NCBI GenBank assembly: GCA_011620275.1
Contig: WOZK01000017.1
Span: 3,237 to 67,236, forward strand
Reading direction: 5' to 3'
Length of the DNA stretch: 64,000 nt
Source: Candidatus Omnitrophota bacterium
Lineage (GTDB): Bacteria; Omnitrophota; Gorgyraeia; Gygaellales; Profunditerraquicolaceae
The translations under genes and the position numbers were made by a program. Each line of letters begins with the position of its first letter. Position 1 is the first letter of the stretch. The notes beneath the pieces were generated by a model. That model was not told the DNA's origin. It made no database searches and saw nothing but the letters and a program-made list of their open reading frames with translations. Of this stretch, positions 31,073-42,157 are shown piece after piece.

Positions 31073-31642
31073 ATGAAGATACTTTTGCATATCTGCTGCG
31101 CCCCTTGCCTGATCTATCCTTTGGAAAGAATGAGAGAACTCGGTATTGAAGCGTCGGGTGTGTTCTATAATCCCAATATCCACGGCGCGTTGGAATACGG
31201 CGCGCGCAGGAAATGTCTGGAGGCCTATTCTTGGTCCCTCGGCCTTGAAGTGGAATATCCTGAGTACGCCCCGCAGGAGTTCTTCGCGGAGGTCAAGCAC
31301 GGCGGAACGCCGTCAAGATGCGCGGCCTGCTGGCTGCTGCGTATGCGGTTCACGGCCAGACTGGCCCGCAGCCGCGGAATGGACGCTTTTTCCACCACTC
31401 TCTTGGTCAGCCCTTATCAGGATCACGAACTGCTGAAGGCTGCGGCCGGACAGGCGGCGGAAGAGGAAAAGGTGGATTTTTATTACGAAGATTTCCGTCC
31501 CGGGTTTCGCAGGGCCCGCAGGAGGGCGCGCGAAGGCGGATTGTATCTGCAGAAATACTGCGGCTGCGTTTATTCGGAGACGGAGAGATACCACGCTAAA
31601 ATAAAGACCGCGGCGCCGGAGCGCTCCGGGATAATCTTGTAA
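31073..31642 (+). CDS. queH: Epoxyqueuosine reductase QueH
   Basis: LLHICCAPC, FYNPNIH, RC..C, FSTTLLVSPYQ, QKYCGC. Confidence 0.9.
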   Translation: MKILLHICCAPCLIYPLERMRELGIEASGVFYNPNIHGALEYGARRKCLEAYSWSLGLEVEYPEYAPQEFFAEVKHGGTPSRCAACWLLRMRFTARLARSRGMDAFSTTLLVSPYQDHELLKAAAGQAAEEEKVDFYYEDFRPGFRRARRRAREGGLYLQKYCGCVYSETERYHAKIKTAAPERSGIIL

Positions 31643-31646
31643 GACT

Positions 31647-31862
31647 ATGCAGTGGATGGCCAGAATACTAATATTTTCCGGACTGGCGCTGATATGCCTG
31701 GGCGCGCTGCTTCTGCTGGCGCAGAACATATCGTTTCCGGGCAGGCTTCCGGGAGATATCTATATAAAAAGCGAGAAGTTCTCCTTTTATTTCCCGCTGG
31801 GGACTTGTCTGCTCATTAGCCTTGCGGCTTCCCTGTTTTTTCGCATATTTTCACGCAGATGA
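31647..31862 (+). CDS. DUF2905-like small membrane protein
   Basis: GRLPGDI and FYFPLGTCLLIS motifs; typical position near ruvB/queA. Confidence 0.8.
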   Translation: MQWMARILIFSGLALICLGALLLLAQNISFPGRLPGDIYIKSEKFSFYFPLGTCLLISLAASLFFRIFSRR

Positions 31863-33082
31863 ATAAATTCCCCGGATCGACACTGATAATGATAATTGTT
31901 TTTTTCTCCGCGGCGGCGCTCTGTCCGGCCGCGGCTCCGGAGCAGAAGGACAGGGGATACAAGCTATCCTCACCCTGCGAACCTTATATAAGGGTCGCCG
32001 TGCTGCGCAATGTCGATTCCATCGCTCTGAAGGTGAACGGAGAATTCCACATTTACGATGCGGCCACGGGCCGCAGATTGTTGCAGGAGAAGAACGCCCG
32101 CTGGACCATAACGTCCGGGCAGAAAGGTATATCCGCAGGCGGGCATCTTTTCGCCTCCGGGGGCATAATCATAAGGCCGCGCGACCGTAACGAGATATAC
32201 CTTAACGGCAGGCGTTACCGGGGGGAGATGCGCCTGGTTGGCAAAAACGGTTCCCTGCTGGCGGTGAACTATGTGGGGCTGGAAGATTACATAAAAGGGA
32301 TTTTCATCAGGGAGTCTTCTCACTATTGGCCGCCGGAGGTTCTCAAAGCCGAAGCCATAGTGTTCAGAAGTTTCGCCCTGTATCGGGCGGCTGAGAATTC
32401 CTCCAGGGATTACGATGTCACCGGCGACGTTTATTCCCAGGTTTACGGGGGAATGACCGCCGAGCGTTATCGCACCAACAAGATGGTAAAGGATACCGAA
32501 GGCATGGTACTGGTTTACGACGGCAGAATATTTCCGGCCTATTATCACTCCGCCTGCGGCGGGCGCACCGAGGACGCCGCGAAGCTCTGGAACATAAATC
32601 TTCCCCCTCTGAAAGGGGTGGCCTGCGGCTACTGCGGGGAATCTCCGCATTCACGCTGGAGCAGGAGGCTCTCCAATAAAGAGGTTTCCTCAAAACTGCA
32701 CGCAGAGGGTAGCGTGGGTGTTCCTCAGATAACCGTGATCACCCCCGGCATCCGGGATGCGTCCGGCCGTATGCAGAAATTGACCTTTTCTTTCGAGGAT
32801 GGAGGGACCAGGACCATTTCCGCAAAGGAGTTTCGGCAGCTCTTGGGACCGGACGTGATAAAAAGTACCGACTTTGAGGCGCGGCTTTCCGGGGCCGACA
32901 TAATCTTTGAAGGCGCCGGATGGGGCCACGGAGTTGGGCTTTGCCAGTGGGGCGCTTATTTCATGGCCAAGCAGGGGGCCTCGTACACGAAGATACTTTC
33001 ACATTATTATCCCGGGACGCAGATAACCCAATTGGGCAGTTTCAAACCCGGCGATAGCAAAGCGGCGGGCGGCAGGCGTTGA
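31859..33082 (+). CDS. SpoIID/LytB-domain protein (putative lytic transglycosylase)
   Basis: Signal peptide; YRG, LEDYIKG...E, SQVYGG, HSACGG.TE, GWGHGVGLCQWGA, ILSHYYPG. Confidence 0.9.
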   Translation: MNKFPGSTLIMIIVFFSAAALCPAAAPEQKDRGYKLSSPCEPYIRVAVLRNVDSIALKVNGEFHIYDAATGRRLLQEKNARWTITSGQKGISAGGHLFASGGIIIRPRDRNEIYLNGRRYRGEMRLVGKNGSLLAVNYVGLEDYIKGIFIRESSHYWPPEVLKAEAIVFRSFALYRAAENSSRDYDVTGDVYSQVYGGMTAERYRTNKMVKDTEGMVLVYDGRIFPAYYHSACGGRTEDAAKLWNINLPPLKGVACGYCGESPHSRWSRRLSNKEVSSKLHAEGSVGVPQITVITPGIRDASGRMQKLTFSFEDGGTRTISAKEFRQLLGPDVIKSTDFEARLSGADIIFEGAGWGHGVGLCQWGAYFMAKQGASYTKILSHYYPGTQITQLGSFKPGDSKAAGGRR

Positions 33083-34086
33083 AACGGCAGATGCAGAGAC
33101 TTTCCGATTTCAATTTTGAACTGCCGTCCGGGTTAGTGGCGCAATACCCTTTACACCGGCGCGACAAGGCCAGACTGCTGGTCCTGGAAAAGAAGAGCGG
33201 CAGGGTGGAGCACCGCTTATTCTCGGATCTCCCGGATTATATGGAGAAAGGGGATCTGCTGGTGCTTAACGACAGCAGGGTCGTGCCGGCCCGCATCAAG
33301 GCGCGCAGGAGAAGCGGCGGAAAGGCCGAGGTTTTTTTGCTCGAACGCAAGAACGGGCTGGTGTTCCGCGCGCTGCTTAAGCCGGCGCGACTGAGGACCG
33401 GAGAGCGGTTGTTGTTAAGCGATCCGGATATCGTCTGTACGGTCACCGCAAAAGATGAGGTCGCCTTCAGCGGATGCGCAGAGAATGATATCTACGCGGC
33501 CGGAAGCGTCCCGCTTCCTCCATATATAAAGAGAGAACCTTCCGAAGAAGACAGGTTGTATTATCAAACGGTCTTCGCGCGCGAAAACGGTTCGGTGGCG
33601 GCGCCGACTGCCGGCCTGCATTTTACTCCGGAGCTTCTGGATACGATAAACGCCGCCGGAGCGCGGACGGCTTATGTGACCCTGCACGTGGGTTACGGAA
33701 CATTCAAACCGGTCAAATGCGAGGTTGTCTCCAGGCACATTATGGAAGAGGAGCGTTACCGGATCGGAGAGGATGCGGCTTTGAGAATAAGTGAGGCCGT
33801 AGCATCCGGCAGGAAGATCTGCGCAGTGGGGACTACCAGCCTGCGCGCCCTGGAAACTTACGTTTCTTCAGGGGAAACAGAAGGGAGGACCGGACTTTTC
33901 ATTTACCCGGGATACGATTTTCGCCTAGTCAACCGGCTGGTCACCAATTTTCATTTGCCGAAGACCACTCTGCTTATGCTTGTCTGCGCCTTTGCCGGGA
34001 CTGAAATGGTCCTGGACGCTTACCGTCAGGCGGTGGAAAAGAAGTATCGTTTCTATAGTTACGGCGACGCGATGCTTATTATTTAA
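33079..34086 (+). CDS. queA: SAM:tRNA ribosyltransferase-isomerase (start 33079 TTG or 33091 ATG)
   Basis: NDSRVVPAR, PLPPYIKR, YQTVFA, VAAPTAGLHFT, TNFHLP, FYSYGDAM. Confidence 0.96.
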   Translation: MKRQMQRLSDFNFELPSGLVAQYPLHRRDKARLLVLEKKSGRVEHRLFSDLPDYMEKGDLLVLNDSRVVPARIKARRRSGGKAEVFLLERKNGLVFRALLKPARLRTGERLLLSDPDIVCTVTAKDEVAFSGCAENDIYAAGSVPLPPYIKREPSEEDRLYYQTVFARENGSVAAPTAGLHFTPELLDTINAAGARTAYVTLHVGYGTFKPVKCEVVSRHIMEEERYRIGEDAALRISEAVASGRKICAVGTTSLRALETYVSSGETEGRTGLFIYPGYDFRLVNRLVTNFHLPKTTLLMLVCAFAGTEMVLDAYRQAVEKKYRFYSYGDAMLII

Positions 34087-34215
34087 CCTGTAATTTGCAA
34101 TAGGGATTCGGTAAAATGTCTCTAACTCATAGCCAGAACTGCGTTTTGCCCGCAAAATCGTCCTCGACGTACTGCTTTGAGTATACCTGCAGGGATGAAG
34201 TGGTCTGTGGACTAA

Positions 34216-35364
<1,149 letters not shown>

Positions 35365-35368
35365 GTAT

Positions 35369-36067
35369 ATGCTGCGTATCGATATAGTAACGATCTTTCC
35401 GGGGATGTTCGAAGGAGTGCTGGGAGAGTCGATGATAAAGAGGGCCCGGGACAAGAAGAAGGCGCTTATCCGGACGCACGACCTGCGGGATTATACCCTG
35501 GATAAACATCGCAAGGTGGATGACAGGCCTTTCGGGGGAGGCTCCGGCATGGTCATGTCTCCAGAGCCGATCTTTCGTGCGGTGGAGTCTCTGAAAAAAA
35601 ACCGCGGACGCGGCCGGGGGAAAGTGATCCTGCTCGGCCCGCAGGGCCGGAAGCTCGACCAGAAGCTCGCGTTTGAACTGTCGCGTCTCAACTGGATGAT
35701 ATTGATTTGCGGGCATTATGAAGGAGTAGACGAAAGAGTAAGAGAACGTCTGGCGGACGAAGAGATTTCCATCGGTGATTATATCCTCACCGGCGGGGAG
35801 GTACCGGCTATGGTCCTGACGGACTGCGTGGTGCGGCTTATCCCCGGGGTCCTCGGCGATAAAAATTCCTTGAATTTTGAGTCATTCGAAGGTAATCTAT
35901 TAGAGTATGCCCAGTACACCAGACCGGCGGATTTCCGCGGCATGAAAGTCCCGGAAGTCCTCCTGCGCGGAGACCACGGCAGGATAGCCGCCTGGCGCAG
36001 AGAAGACAGCCTGCGCAGGACAAGGCAAAAAAGGCCTGACCTGTCGGGCGGGAGCGGCCGGCTTTGA
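35369..36067 (+). CDS. trmD: tRNA (guanine-N1)-methyltransferase
   Basis: [36 protein letters not shown]. Confidence 0.97.
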   Translation: MLRIDIVTIFPGMFEGVLGESMIKRARDKKKALIRTHDLRDYTLDKHRKVDDRPFGGGSGMVMSPEPIFRAVESLKKNRGRGRGKVILLGPQGRKLDQKLAFELSRLNWMILICGHYEGVDERVRERLADEEISIGDYILTGGEVPAMVLTDCVVRLIPGVLGDKNSLNFESFEGNLLEYAQYTRPADFRGMKVPEVLLRGDHGRIAAWRREDSLRRTRQKRPDLSGGSGRL

Positions 36068-36234
36068 CGGTGCGCCCTCCGGGCGGAGTATTCAAAGAAT
36101 ATACAGGGAGCGGCAACGCTCATAACATCGTTTGACCGGTAATTCCGCGTTCGGATATTTACCCCGCAGGGTGTTTCTCGGCCGTATACGGCGGGAAGGT
36201 TTCACGAGGTAGAATCCATTTAGGAGACAGTCCA

Positions 36235-36606
36235 ATGAACAAGATTAAAGCCATCGAACAGAAATTCTCAACCAGAAAAGAATTCCCCGCTTTCCACGTG
36301 GGAGATACGGTCAAGGTTTTCGTGAGGATACCGGAAGCGCCCGATAAGTTTCGTCTGCATCCATACGAAGGCATCGTGATCGCCCGGAAAGGCAGCGGGG
36401 TCAACGAGACCTTCACCGTAAGAAAGGTCTCGTTCGGAGAAGGGATAGAAAGGGTTTTCCCTCTGGGGACATCGGCGATAGAGAAGATCGAAGTGATACG
36501 TTCCGGCAAAGTCAAAAGGGCCAAACTTTATTATCTGCGCAGCAAGATCGGCAAACGCGCCACCAAGATAGATTCAAAAGAAGAAAAGGGCGCGCAAAAG
36601 GCGTAA
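36235..36606 (+). CDS. rplS: 50S ribosomal protein L19
   Basis: GDTVKV, EGIVIA, TFTVRKVSFGEGIERVFP, RAKLYYLR. Confidence 0.97.
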   Translation: MNKIKAIEQKFSTRKEFPAFHVGDTVKVFVRIPEAPDKFRLHPYEGIVIARKGSGVNETFTVRKVSFGEGIERVFPLGTSAIEKIEVIRSGKVKRAKLYYLRSKIGKRATKIDSKEEKGAQKA

Positions 36607-36639
36607 CGGCGGCATTCACTATATCCTGTTCCGGCAAGC

Positions 36640-37275
36640 ATGGAACCCGGGTCCCAATTGGAGAATAGAGAAGGGTTACTTTATTACGAACGAGGGCTTG
36701 AAGCCGCAGGTTGCCGGTTGATAATCGGCATTGACGAAGCCGGGCGCGGGCCGTTGGCAGGCCCGGTGGTAGCCGCGGCCGCAACCCTGCGGAATTTCTC
36801 TTTTTCCAACCGTATAGATGATTCCAAGAAACTTACTCCCCGCCAGCGCGATGCCGCTTTTCTGGAGATAACAGGGAAGGCCGACTACGGAATAGGCATC
36901 ATAAACGAACAGATAATAGACAGCGTCAACATCCTTGAAGCCAGCAAGCTGGCCATGCAGGAGGCCCTTAATGATCTTCTGGCGCGCAGGAAGAGGCCTT
37001 TGCCGGAGGCGCACGCCCTGGTGGACGGAGATATGCGGATATCGCTGCCGGTCCCGCATACCTGCGTAATCAGGGGGGATTCCAGGTCTTTCAGCATAGC
37101 TTGCGCTTCCATCATCGCGAAAGTCACCAGGGACAGGATCATGGTTATATACGACTCGGTCTACCCCCAGTATGGTTTTTCCAGGCACAAGGGATACCCG
37201 ACCAAGGCGCACCGGAGCGCTATCGGCCGCTGCGGACCTTCTTTAATACACCGCAGGAGTTTCACCGGTGTCTAA
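36640..37275 (+). CDS. rnhB: Ribonuclease HII
   Basis: GIDEAGRGPLAGPV, DSKKL, ASIIAKVTRD, HKGYPT. Confidence 0.96.
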   Translation: MEPGSQLENREGLLYYERGLEAAGCRLIIGIDEAGRGPLAGPVVAAAATLRNFSFSNRIDDSKKLTPRQRDAAFLEITGKADYGIGIINEQIIDSVNILEASKLAMQEALNDLLARRKRPLPEAHALVDGDMRISLPVPHTCVIRGDSRSFSIACASIIAKVTRDRIMVIYDSVYPQYGFSRHKGYPTKAHRSAIGRCGPSLIHRRSFTGV

Positions 37276-37627
37276 ACCCGGCTCCGCCGCCGAGGATGCT
37301 GCGGAGGCATTTCTGCAGCGGCAAGGCTACCGCATACTGCGGAGGAATTACCGTTGTCCCGCGGGGGAGATCGACATAGTAGCCAGAGAAAAAAAAGTGT
37401 TTTGTTTCGTGGAGGTCAAGTCCCGCAACAGCGACGCCTGTGGCAGTCCGGCGGAAGCGGTTACGCCGGAGAAGAGACGGAGATTATGCCGGGCCGCGGC
37501 CTGGTATCTCTCGGAATCCGGAAATGAGGACGCGATTTCGCGTTTCGACGTGGTCGCCGTTTTGTATGAAGGGGCAGGTCCGGAAATAGAGCTTTACAAA
37601 GACGCTTTTGAATGCGAGGAGCGGTAA
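37268..37627 (+). CDS. YraN family (UPF0102) protein
   Basis: RNYR...GEIDIVA, FVEVKSR, RFDVV; GTG start overlapping rnhB. Confidence 0.9.
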   Translation: MSKPGSAAEDAAEAFLQRQGYRILRRNYRCPAGEIDIVAREKKVFCFVEVKSRNSDACGSPAEAVTPEKRRRLCRAAAWYLSESGNEDAISRFDVVAVLYEGAGPEIELYKDAFECEER

Positions 37628-39314
37628 ATTGTTCAAAATACCTGGGTTTAACCGGGGTGGTGTCCCTATAGCAAAGATAGCTTCCCGTTTGGGTATAAGA
37701 GGAAAATATCTCGTTCCCCACGGGAGGTATATCGCCAAGATAGAACCGGAGATACTTCTGCACCGGAGGCCGCGGGCGCGCGGAAGTAAATATATACTGG
37801 TAACCGCGATAACCCCTACGCCGCTGGGCGAAGGAAAGACAGTCACCACCATCGGGCTTTCCATGGCCCTCAACCGCCTCGGCGCCACGGCCTGCGCCTG
37901 TATAAGGGAATCTTCTCTGGGGCCGCTTTTCGGCCTTAAAGGCGGCGGAGCAGGAGGGGGACGTTCTTACATTATTCCCACGGAGGAATCCAATCTTCAT
38001 TTTACCGGAGATATCCACGCCGTCGCTTTCGCCCACAATCTGGCCGCGGCATACTTGGACAACTACATTTATCACGGCAACCTTCCAGATATAGCGTCCG
38101 ACGGCATATACTGGAAAAGAGTGATTGAGGTCAACGACAGGTCTTTAAGGAAAGTGCGGCTGCCGGACGGGTTAAAGGGCGCCGGGGATAGGGAAAGCGG
38201 TTTTGAGATCACCGCCGCTTCTGAATTGATGGCGATTCTCGGGCTGAGCGAGAACGCGCGCGACCTGCGCGCCAGGCTTGGCAGGGTGGTGCTGGCCGAA
38301 CGCCGGGACGGCGGATACGTGACCGCGGAAGATATAAAGGTTTCCGGCAGCATGGCGGCCTGTCTGAAAGACGCGTTGAAACCGAACCTTATCCAGACCG
38401 CGGAAAATACGCCCTGTTTCGTGCACACCGTGCCTTTTGCGAACATAGCTCACGGCAACAGTTCCATACTGGCGGATAGAATCGCTCTTTCCTGTTGCGA
38501 ATACGTGGTTACCGAGGCCGGTTTCGGCGCCGACTGCGGCGCCGAGAAATTTTTTAATATAAAGTGCAGGACTTCCGGATTGAAACCGGATGCGGCTGTG
38601 CTGGTATGTTCGGTGCGCGCCCTTAAGGCGCACAGCGGTAGGTTCAGGGTGGCTCCCGGTAAGCCGCTGGACGAAGCGCTGGGTAAAGAGGACCTGGAAG
38701 CCCTGGAGGCCGGATGCGTTAATCTCAGTAAACAAATAGAGAATATCCTCGTTTTCGGCGTGCCGGTTGTGGTCGCCGTTAACCGTTTTGCCGGAGACAC
38801 CGACAAAGAGATCAGTCTGGTCTCCGCAAAGGCAATGGAATTCGGGGCGAGCGCCTGCGAGATCAGCGAGCTCTGGTCGCGAGGTTCTCCCGGCGGCATT
38901 AAACTGGCGAAAAGCGTGATCAGGGCCGCGGAATCGCCGAACAGGTTTTCTTTTCTTTATGACGGCGGGGAAAGCGTGGAGGAAAAGATCTCTGCTATCG
39001 CCGTGAAGATCTACGGAGCGCGCGGCGTGGAATATTCCGATATCGCGCGCAGAAGAATGGAACTTTACGTCTCGCGCGGCTGGGGCGTTCTGCCGGTGTG
39101 CATGGCCAAAACGCAGTTTTCACTTTCGCACGACCCGCGGTTAAAAGGCAGGCCGGAAGGGTTTGTCCTGCCGGTTTCGGATATCAGGCCCGCTATAGGG
39201 GCGGGTTATCTCTACGCCCTCTGCGGCGGTATACAGACCATGCCGGGTCTGCCGGCGCGTCCGCGCGGGGAAGAGGTGGACATAGACGATAACGGCAGGA
39301 TAAGGGGGCTTTGA
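37608..39314 (+). CDS. fhs: Formate--tetrahydrofolate ligase (some motifs divergent)
   Basis: TPTPLGEGKT, NLHFTGDIHA, ASELMAIL, PFANIAHG, TEAGFGAD.GAEKF, CMAKTQFS, TMPGLP. Confidence 0.92.
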   Translation: MNARSGKLFKIPGFNRGGVPIAKIASRLGIRGKYLVPHGRYIAKIEPEILLHRRPRARGSKYILVTAITPTPLGEGKTVTTIGLSMALNRLGATACACIRESSLGPLFGLKGGGAGGGRSYIIPTEESNLHFTGDIHAVAFAHNLAAAYLDNYIYHGNLPDIASDGIYWKRVIEVNDRSLRKVRLPDGLKGAGDRESGFEITAASELMAILGLSENARDLRARLGRVVLAERRDGGYVTAEDIKVSGSMAACLKDALKPNLIQTAENTPCFVHTVPFANIAHGNSSILADRIALSCCEYVVTEAGFGADCGAEKFFNIKCRTSGLKPDAAVLVCSVRALKAHSGRFRVAPGKPLDEALGKEDLEALEAGCVNLSKQIENILVFGVPVVVAVNRFAGDTDKEISLVSAKAMEFGASACEISELWSRGSPGGIKLAKSVIRAAESPNRFSFLYDGGESVEEKISAIAVKIYGARGVEYSDIARRRMELYVSRGWGVLPVCMAKTQFSLSHDPRLKGRPEGFVLPVSDIRPAIGAGYLYALCGGIQTMPGLPARPRGEEVDIDDNGRIRGL

Positions 39315-39321
39315 TGTTATT

Positions 39322-39888
39322 ATGGTGAGATACTGCCGCAAGAGCCTGGAAAAATACAACGATAGTCTGGCCGCCGGCAGCGCGGTACCCGGAGGAGGCT
39401 CCGCCTCAGCGGTAGCCGCCGCTATGGGGACGGCGCTGTTGAGCATGGTGCTTAATTTTTCGCTCGGCAGGAAAGCTTACGCCGCGCACGAGAAACGCTT
39501 GAAGGAGATCCTTGGAGCAGTTGAGAGGCTGCGCGCGCGGTTCCTGGAGTTGGCTGACCTTGATTCAGAGGCTTTTAACGGTAGGGACATGCGCAGATCT
39601 CTGGATATTTCTTTTATCATCTGCCGGCTTTCTTACGAAGTAATGAAGTTCTGCCCCGAGGTGCTGAAAAAAGGCAATCCTAATCTTTGCACCGACACCG
39701 GCACCGCCGCAGCCATGCTGGAGACGGCTTTCTGCGGCGCATATTTTAACGTGCGCATAAATCTGAAGATTATCGGGGACAAGGCGTTGTCCCGGGGTAT
39801 ACTCAAGGAATTGTCTGTCAAGAAAAGGTCGATGTCGAGGATAAGAACGGAGATAGAGGATGGCGTCTGCGGGATTATTGAAAGGTAG
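39322..39888 (+). CDS. fchA: Formiminotransferase-cyclodeaminase C-terminal-like / methenyl-THF cyclohydrolase
   Basis: PGGGSASA, D.DSEAF, GNPNL.TD, NVRINL; between fhs and folD. Confidence 0.82.
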   Translation: MVRYCRKSLEKYNDSLAAGSAVPGGGSASAVAAAMGTALLSMVLNFSLGRKAYAAHEKRLKEILGAVERLRARFLELADLDSEAFNGRDMRRSLDISFIICRLSYEVMKFCPEVLKKGNPNLCTDTGTAAAMLETAFCGAYFNVRINLKIIGDKALSRGILKELSVKKRSMSRIRTEIEDGVCGIIER

Positions 39889-40726
39889 CGTAATAGCCGA
39901 GCGTATAAAAGAGGAAATCCGTTCCAAGATAGGCCGGCTCGGTTTCCGTCCCGCCCTGGCGGGCATACAGGTGGGAGATAACGCCGCCGCCGGATCCTAC
40001 ACGCAGATGCAATCCAGGCTGGCCTCTGCCCTGGGATTCGATTACCGCCTGCATAAACTGGCAGCCAGAACTTCTTTGGAAGATTTAAAGGGATTGATTG
40101 ACAGGCTGAACCTCGACGTCGGGGTCAACGGGATCATTATACAAAAACCCCTGTCTAACGAGATAGATTACCTGGCGGCGGTGAGGGAGATATCTCCTTT
40201 GAAGGACGTGGAAGGGATGCATCCGTATAATATAGGGCATATGTTCTTTCCCCGCCCGCGCATCGTTCCCTGCACCCCGGCTGCGGTGATGGAGCTCATC
40301 AAGTTGTCCGGGGTCAGGCTGGAAGGCAGGGAAGCGGTAGTGATCGGCCACAGCGAAATAGTGGGGCGCCCGCTGGCGCTCCTTCTTTTGGACAAGCTTG
40401 CCACCGTCACAGTTTGTCACATAGGTACTCACAGCGCCGGAAAACTGCAGGAGCACGTCGCACGAGCCGAGATACTGGTTGTGGCTGTGGGGAAAGCGGG
40501 AATCATCAAAGGTAAGTGGGTAAAGGAAGGCGCGGTCGTGATAGACGTCGGCATAAACCGCAGCAACGGCATGATCGTCGGTGACGTGGAAACCGCGGAA
40601 GCGGCGTCCAGGGCTTCATGGATAACCCCGGTGCCGGGCGGAGTGGGGCCGGTGACCGCCGCCATCCTAATGCGCAATTTTCTTGAAGCGGCCTCCATGC
40701 AGAAAAAACAACCCAGGAATGATTGA
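39860..40726 (+). CDS. folD: Methylene-THF dehydrogenase/cyclohydrolase
   Basis: KDVEG.HP.N, PCTP, G.SEIVGRP, VIDVGIN, ITPVPGGVGPVT. Confidence 0.93.
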   Translation: MASAGLLKGSVIAERIKEEIRSKIGRLGFRPALAGIQVGDNAAAGSYTQMQSRLASALGFDYRLHKLAARTSLEDLKGLIDRLNLDVGVNGIIIQKPLSNEIDYLAAVREISPLKDVEGMHPYNIGHMFFPRPRIVPCTPAAVMELIKLSGVRLEGREAVVIGHSEIVGRPLALLLLDKLATVTVCHIGTHSAGKLQEHVARAEILVVAVGKAGIIKGKWVKEGAVVIDVGINRSNGMIVGDVETAEAASRASWITPVPGGVGPVTAAILMRNFLEAASMQKKQPRND

Positions 40727-40868
40727 GTATTTATACTACGACGGCGCCGAACAGGCGCCACCCATTATCAAAATCGTGAGTAAACTACGTCCGTCTGTCC
40801 CGAGCAAGTCCGCAGGCTCACTGTTGGAGCCCGTAGGGGGAATCAGGCCGCGGTGCGTCGAATTGATT

Positions 40869-41195
40869 ATGAAGACCGTCGTTCTGCTTTTGATATCCAA
40901 CATTTTCATGACCCTTGCTTGGTATGGGCACCTTAAATACGTCAAGGCCCCCTTATTTACGGTAATAATTGTCAGCTGGCTGATAGCTTTCGCCGAATAC
41001 TGTTTCCAGGTGCCTGCCAACCGCATCGGTTACCGGGAGTTTTCCGCCGTGCAGCTGAAGACGATACAGGAGGTGGTTTCTCTCTCGGTTTTTACGGTTT
41101 TTTCTGTCCTTTACCTCGGCGAACGACTGAAATGGAATTATCTGGCCGGTTTCGCTTTGATCGTAGCGGCGGTATATCTCATCTTTAAAAAATGA
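40869..41195 (+). CDS. DMT-family small membrane protein (DUF486-like)
   Basis: SNIFMTLAWYGHLK, SWLIAFAEYCFQVPANRIG, QLKTIQEVV. Confidence 0.85.
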   Translation: MKTVVLLLISNIFMTLAWYGHLKYVKAPLFTVIIVSWLIAFAEYCFQVPANRIGYREFSAVQLKTIQEVVSLSVFTVFSVLYLGERLKWNYLAGFALIVAAVYLIFKK

Positions 41196-42067
41196 GCGGA
41201 TTAAGGAAGAAAATAAAAGCCGGGGAATTCGTGGTCACCTGCGAACTCAATCCGCAGAAAGGCGGGGATTTAGGAGAACTGCTTGAGGAGGCGTCCTCGA
41301 TGCGCGGCAGGGTGGACGCTTTCAATGTCACCGATTCGCACGCTGCGGTGATGCGGCAGAGCCCATTGGCGCTTTGCCTGCGGCTGAAGGATGCCGGATT
41401 GGAGCCTGTATACCAGCTTACCTGCCGCGACAGGAACCGGATTGCCCTGCAGTCCGATCTGCTTGCCGCCGCGGCATTGGGGATAAAGAATGTCCTGGCG
41501 TTGACCGGAGATCATCCTTTGCTGGGGGACCATCGCGAGGCCAAGCCGGTCTTCGACCTGGATTCCGTGCAGTTATTGTCGGTTTTTTCCGCTATGCGCG
41601 GGGGCAGAGATATGCAGGGGCACTCGTTGTTCGGGGCATCCCCGGATTTCTTTTGCGGTGCCGTGGTCAATCCCGGAGCCGACCCGCAGGAACTCGAGTT
41701 GATGAAGATGGCCAAGAAGGCTGCCGCCGGAGCTGAATTTTTCCAGACTCAGGCCGTTTTCGACGCGGAGTCTTTTGCCGCGTTCATGCGCAGAAAGCCG
41801 GCTTCAAGCTCCAGAGTGCTCGCCGGCATACTGCCGTTGAGATCGGCGCGCACAGCCAGATATCTTAACCGGCGCGTACCGGGAGTGAACGTACCGGAAC
41901 GGCTGATAAAAGATATCGAGAGCTCAGGGGGGGATAACGAAAACGCTGTGGAGGAGATATTCTCGCGCCTCATCAAGGAAATCAAACCGATGTGCGCCGG
42001 CATACATCTTATGCCTGCGGGATGGTTTTCAATAGTGCCGCGCCTGCTGGAAGCGGCGGGCAGATGA
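41192..42067 (+). CDS. metF: Methylenetetrahydrofolate reductase
   Basis: NVTD, QLTCRDRNRIALQSDL, LTGDH, FFQTQAVFD, GIHLM. Confidence 0.9.
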   Translation: MSGLRKKIKAGEFVVTCELNPQKGGDLGELLEEASSMRGRVDAFNVTDSHAAVMRQSPLALCLRLKDAGLEPVYQLTCRDRNRIALQSDLLAAAALGIKNVLALTGDHPLLGDHREAKPVFDLDSVQLLSVFSAMRGGRDMQGHSLFGASPDFFCGAVVNPGADPQELELMKMAKKAAAGAEFFQTQAVFDAESFAAFMRRKPASSSRVLAGILPLRSARTARYLNRRVPGVNVPERLIKDIESSGGDNENAVEEIFSRLIKEIKPMCAGIHLMPAGWFSIVPRLLEAAGR

Positions 42068-42090
42068 TGGGAAATCGTTCATCGTTCGAA

Positions 42091-42157
42091 ACGTAACCGG
42101 GTCCGAATATCTAAACGGGCTTCCTTACCGTAACCGCCTGCCGGTAAATAACAGGAG
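42091..42157 (+). repeat. Dispersed intergenic repeat, copy A
   Basis: 42091-42136 matches 54230-54275 at 36/46 positions without gaps; similarity continues to the AGGAG SD. Confidence 0.6.
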
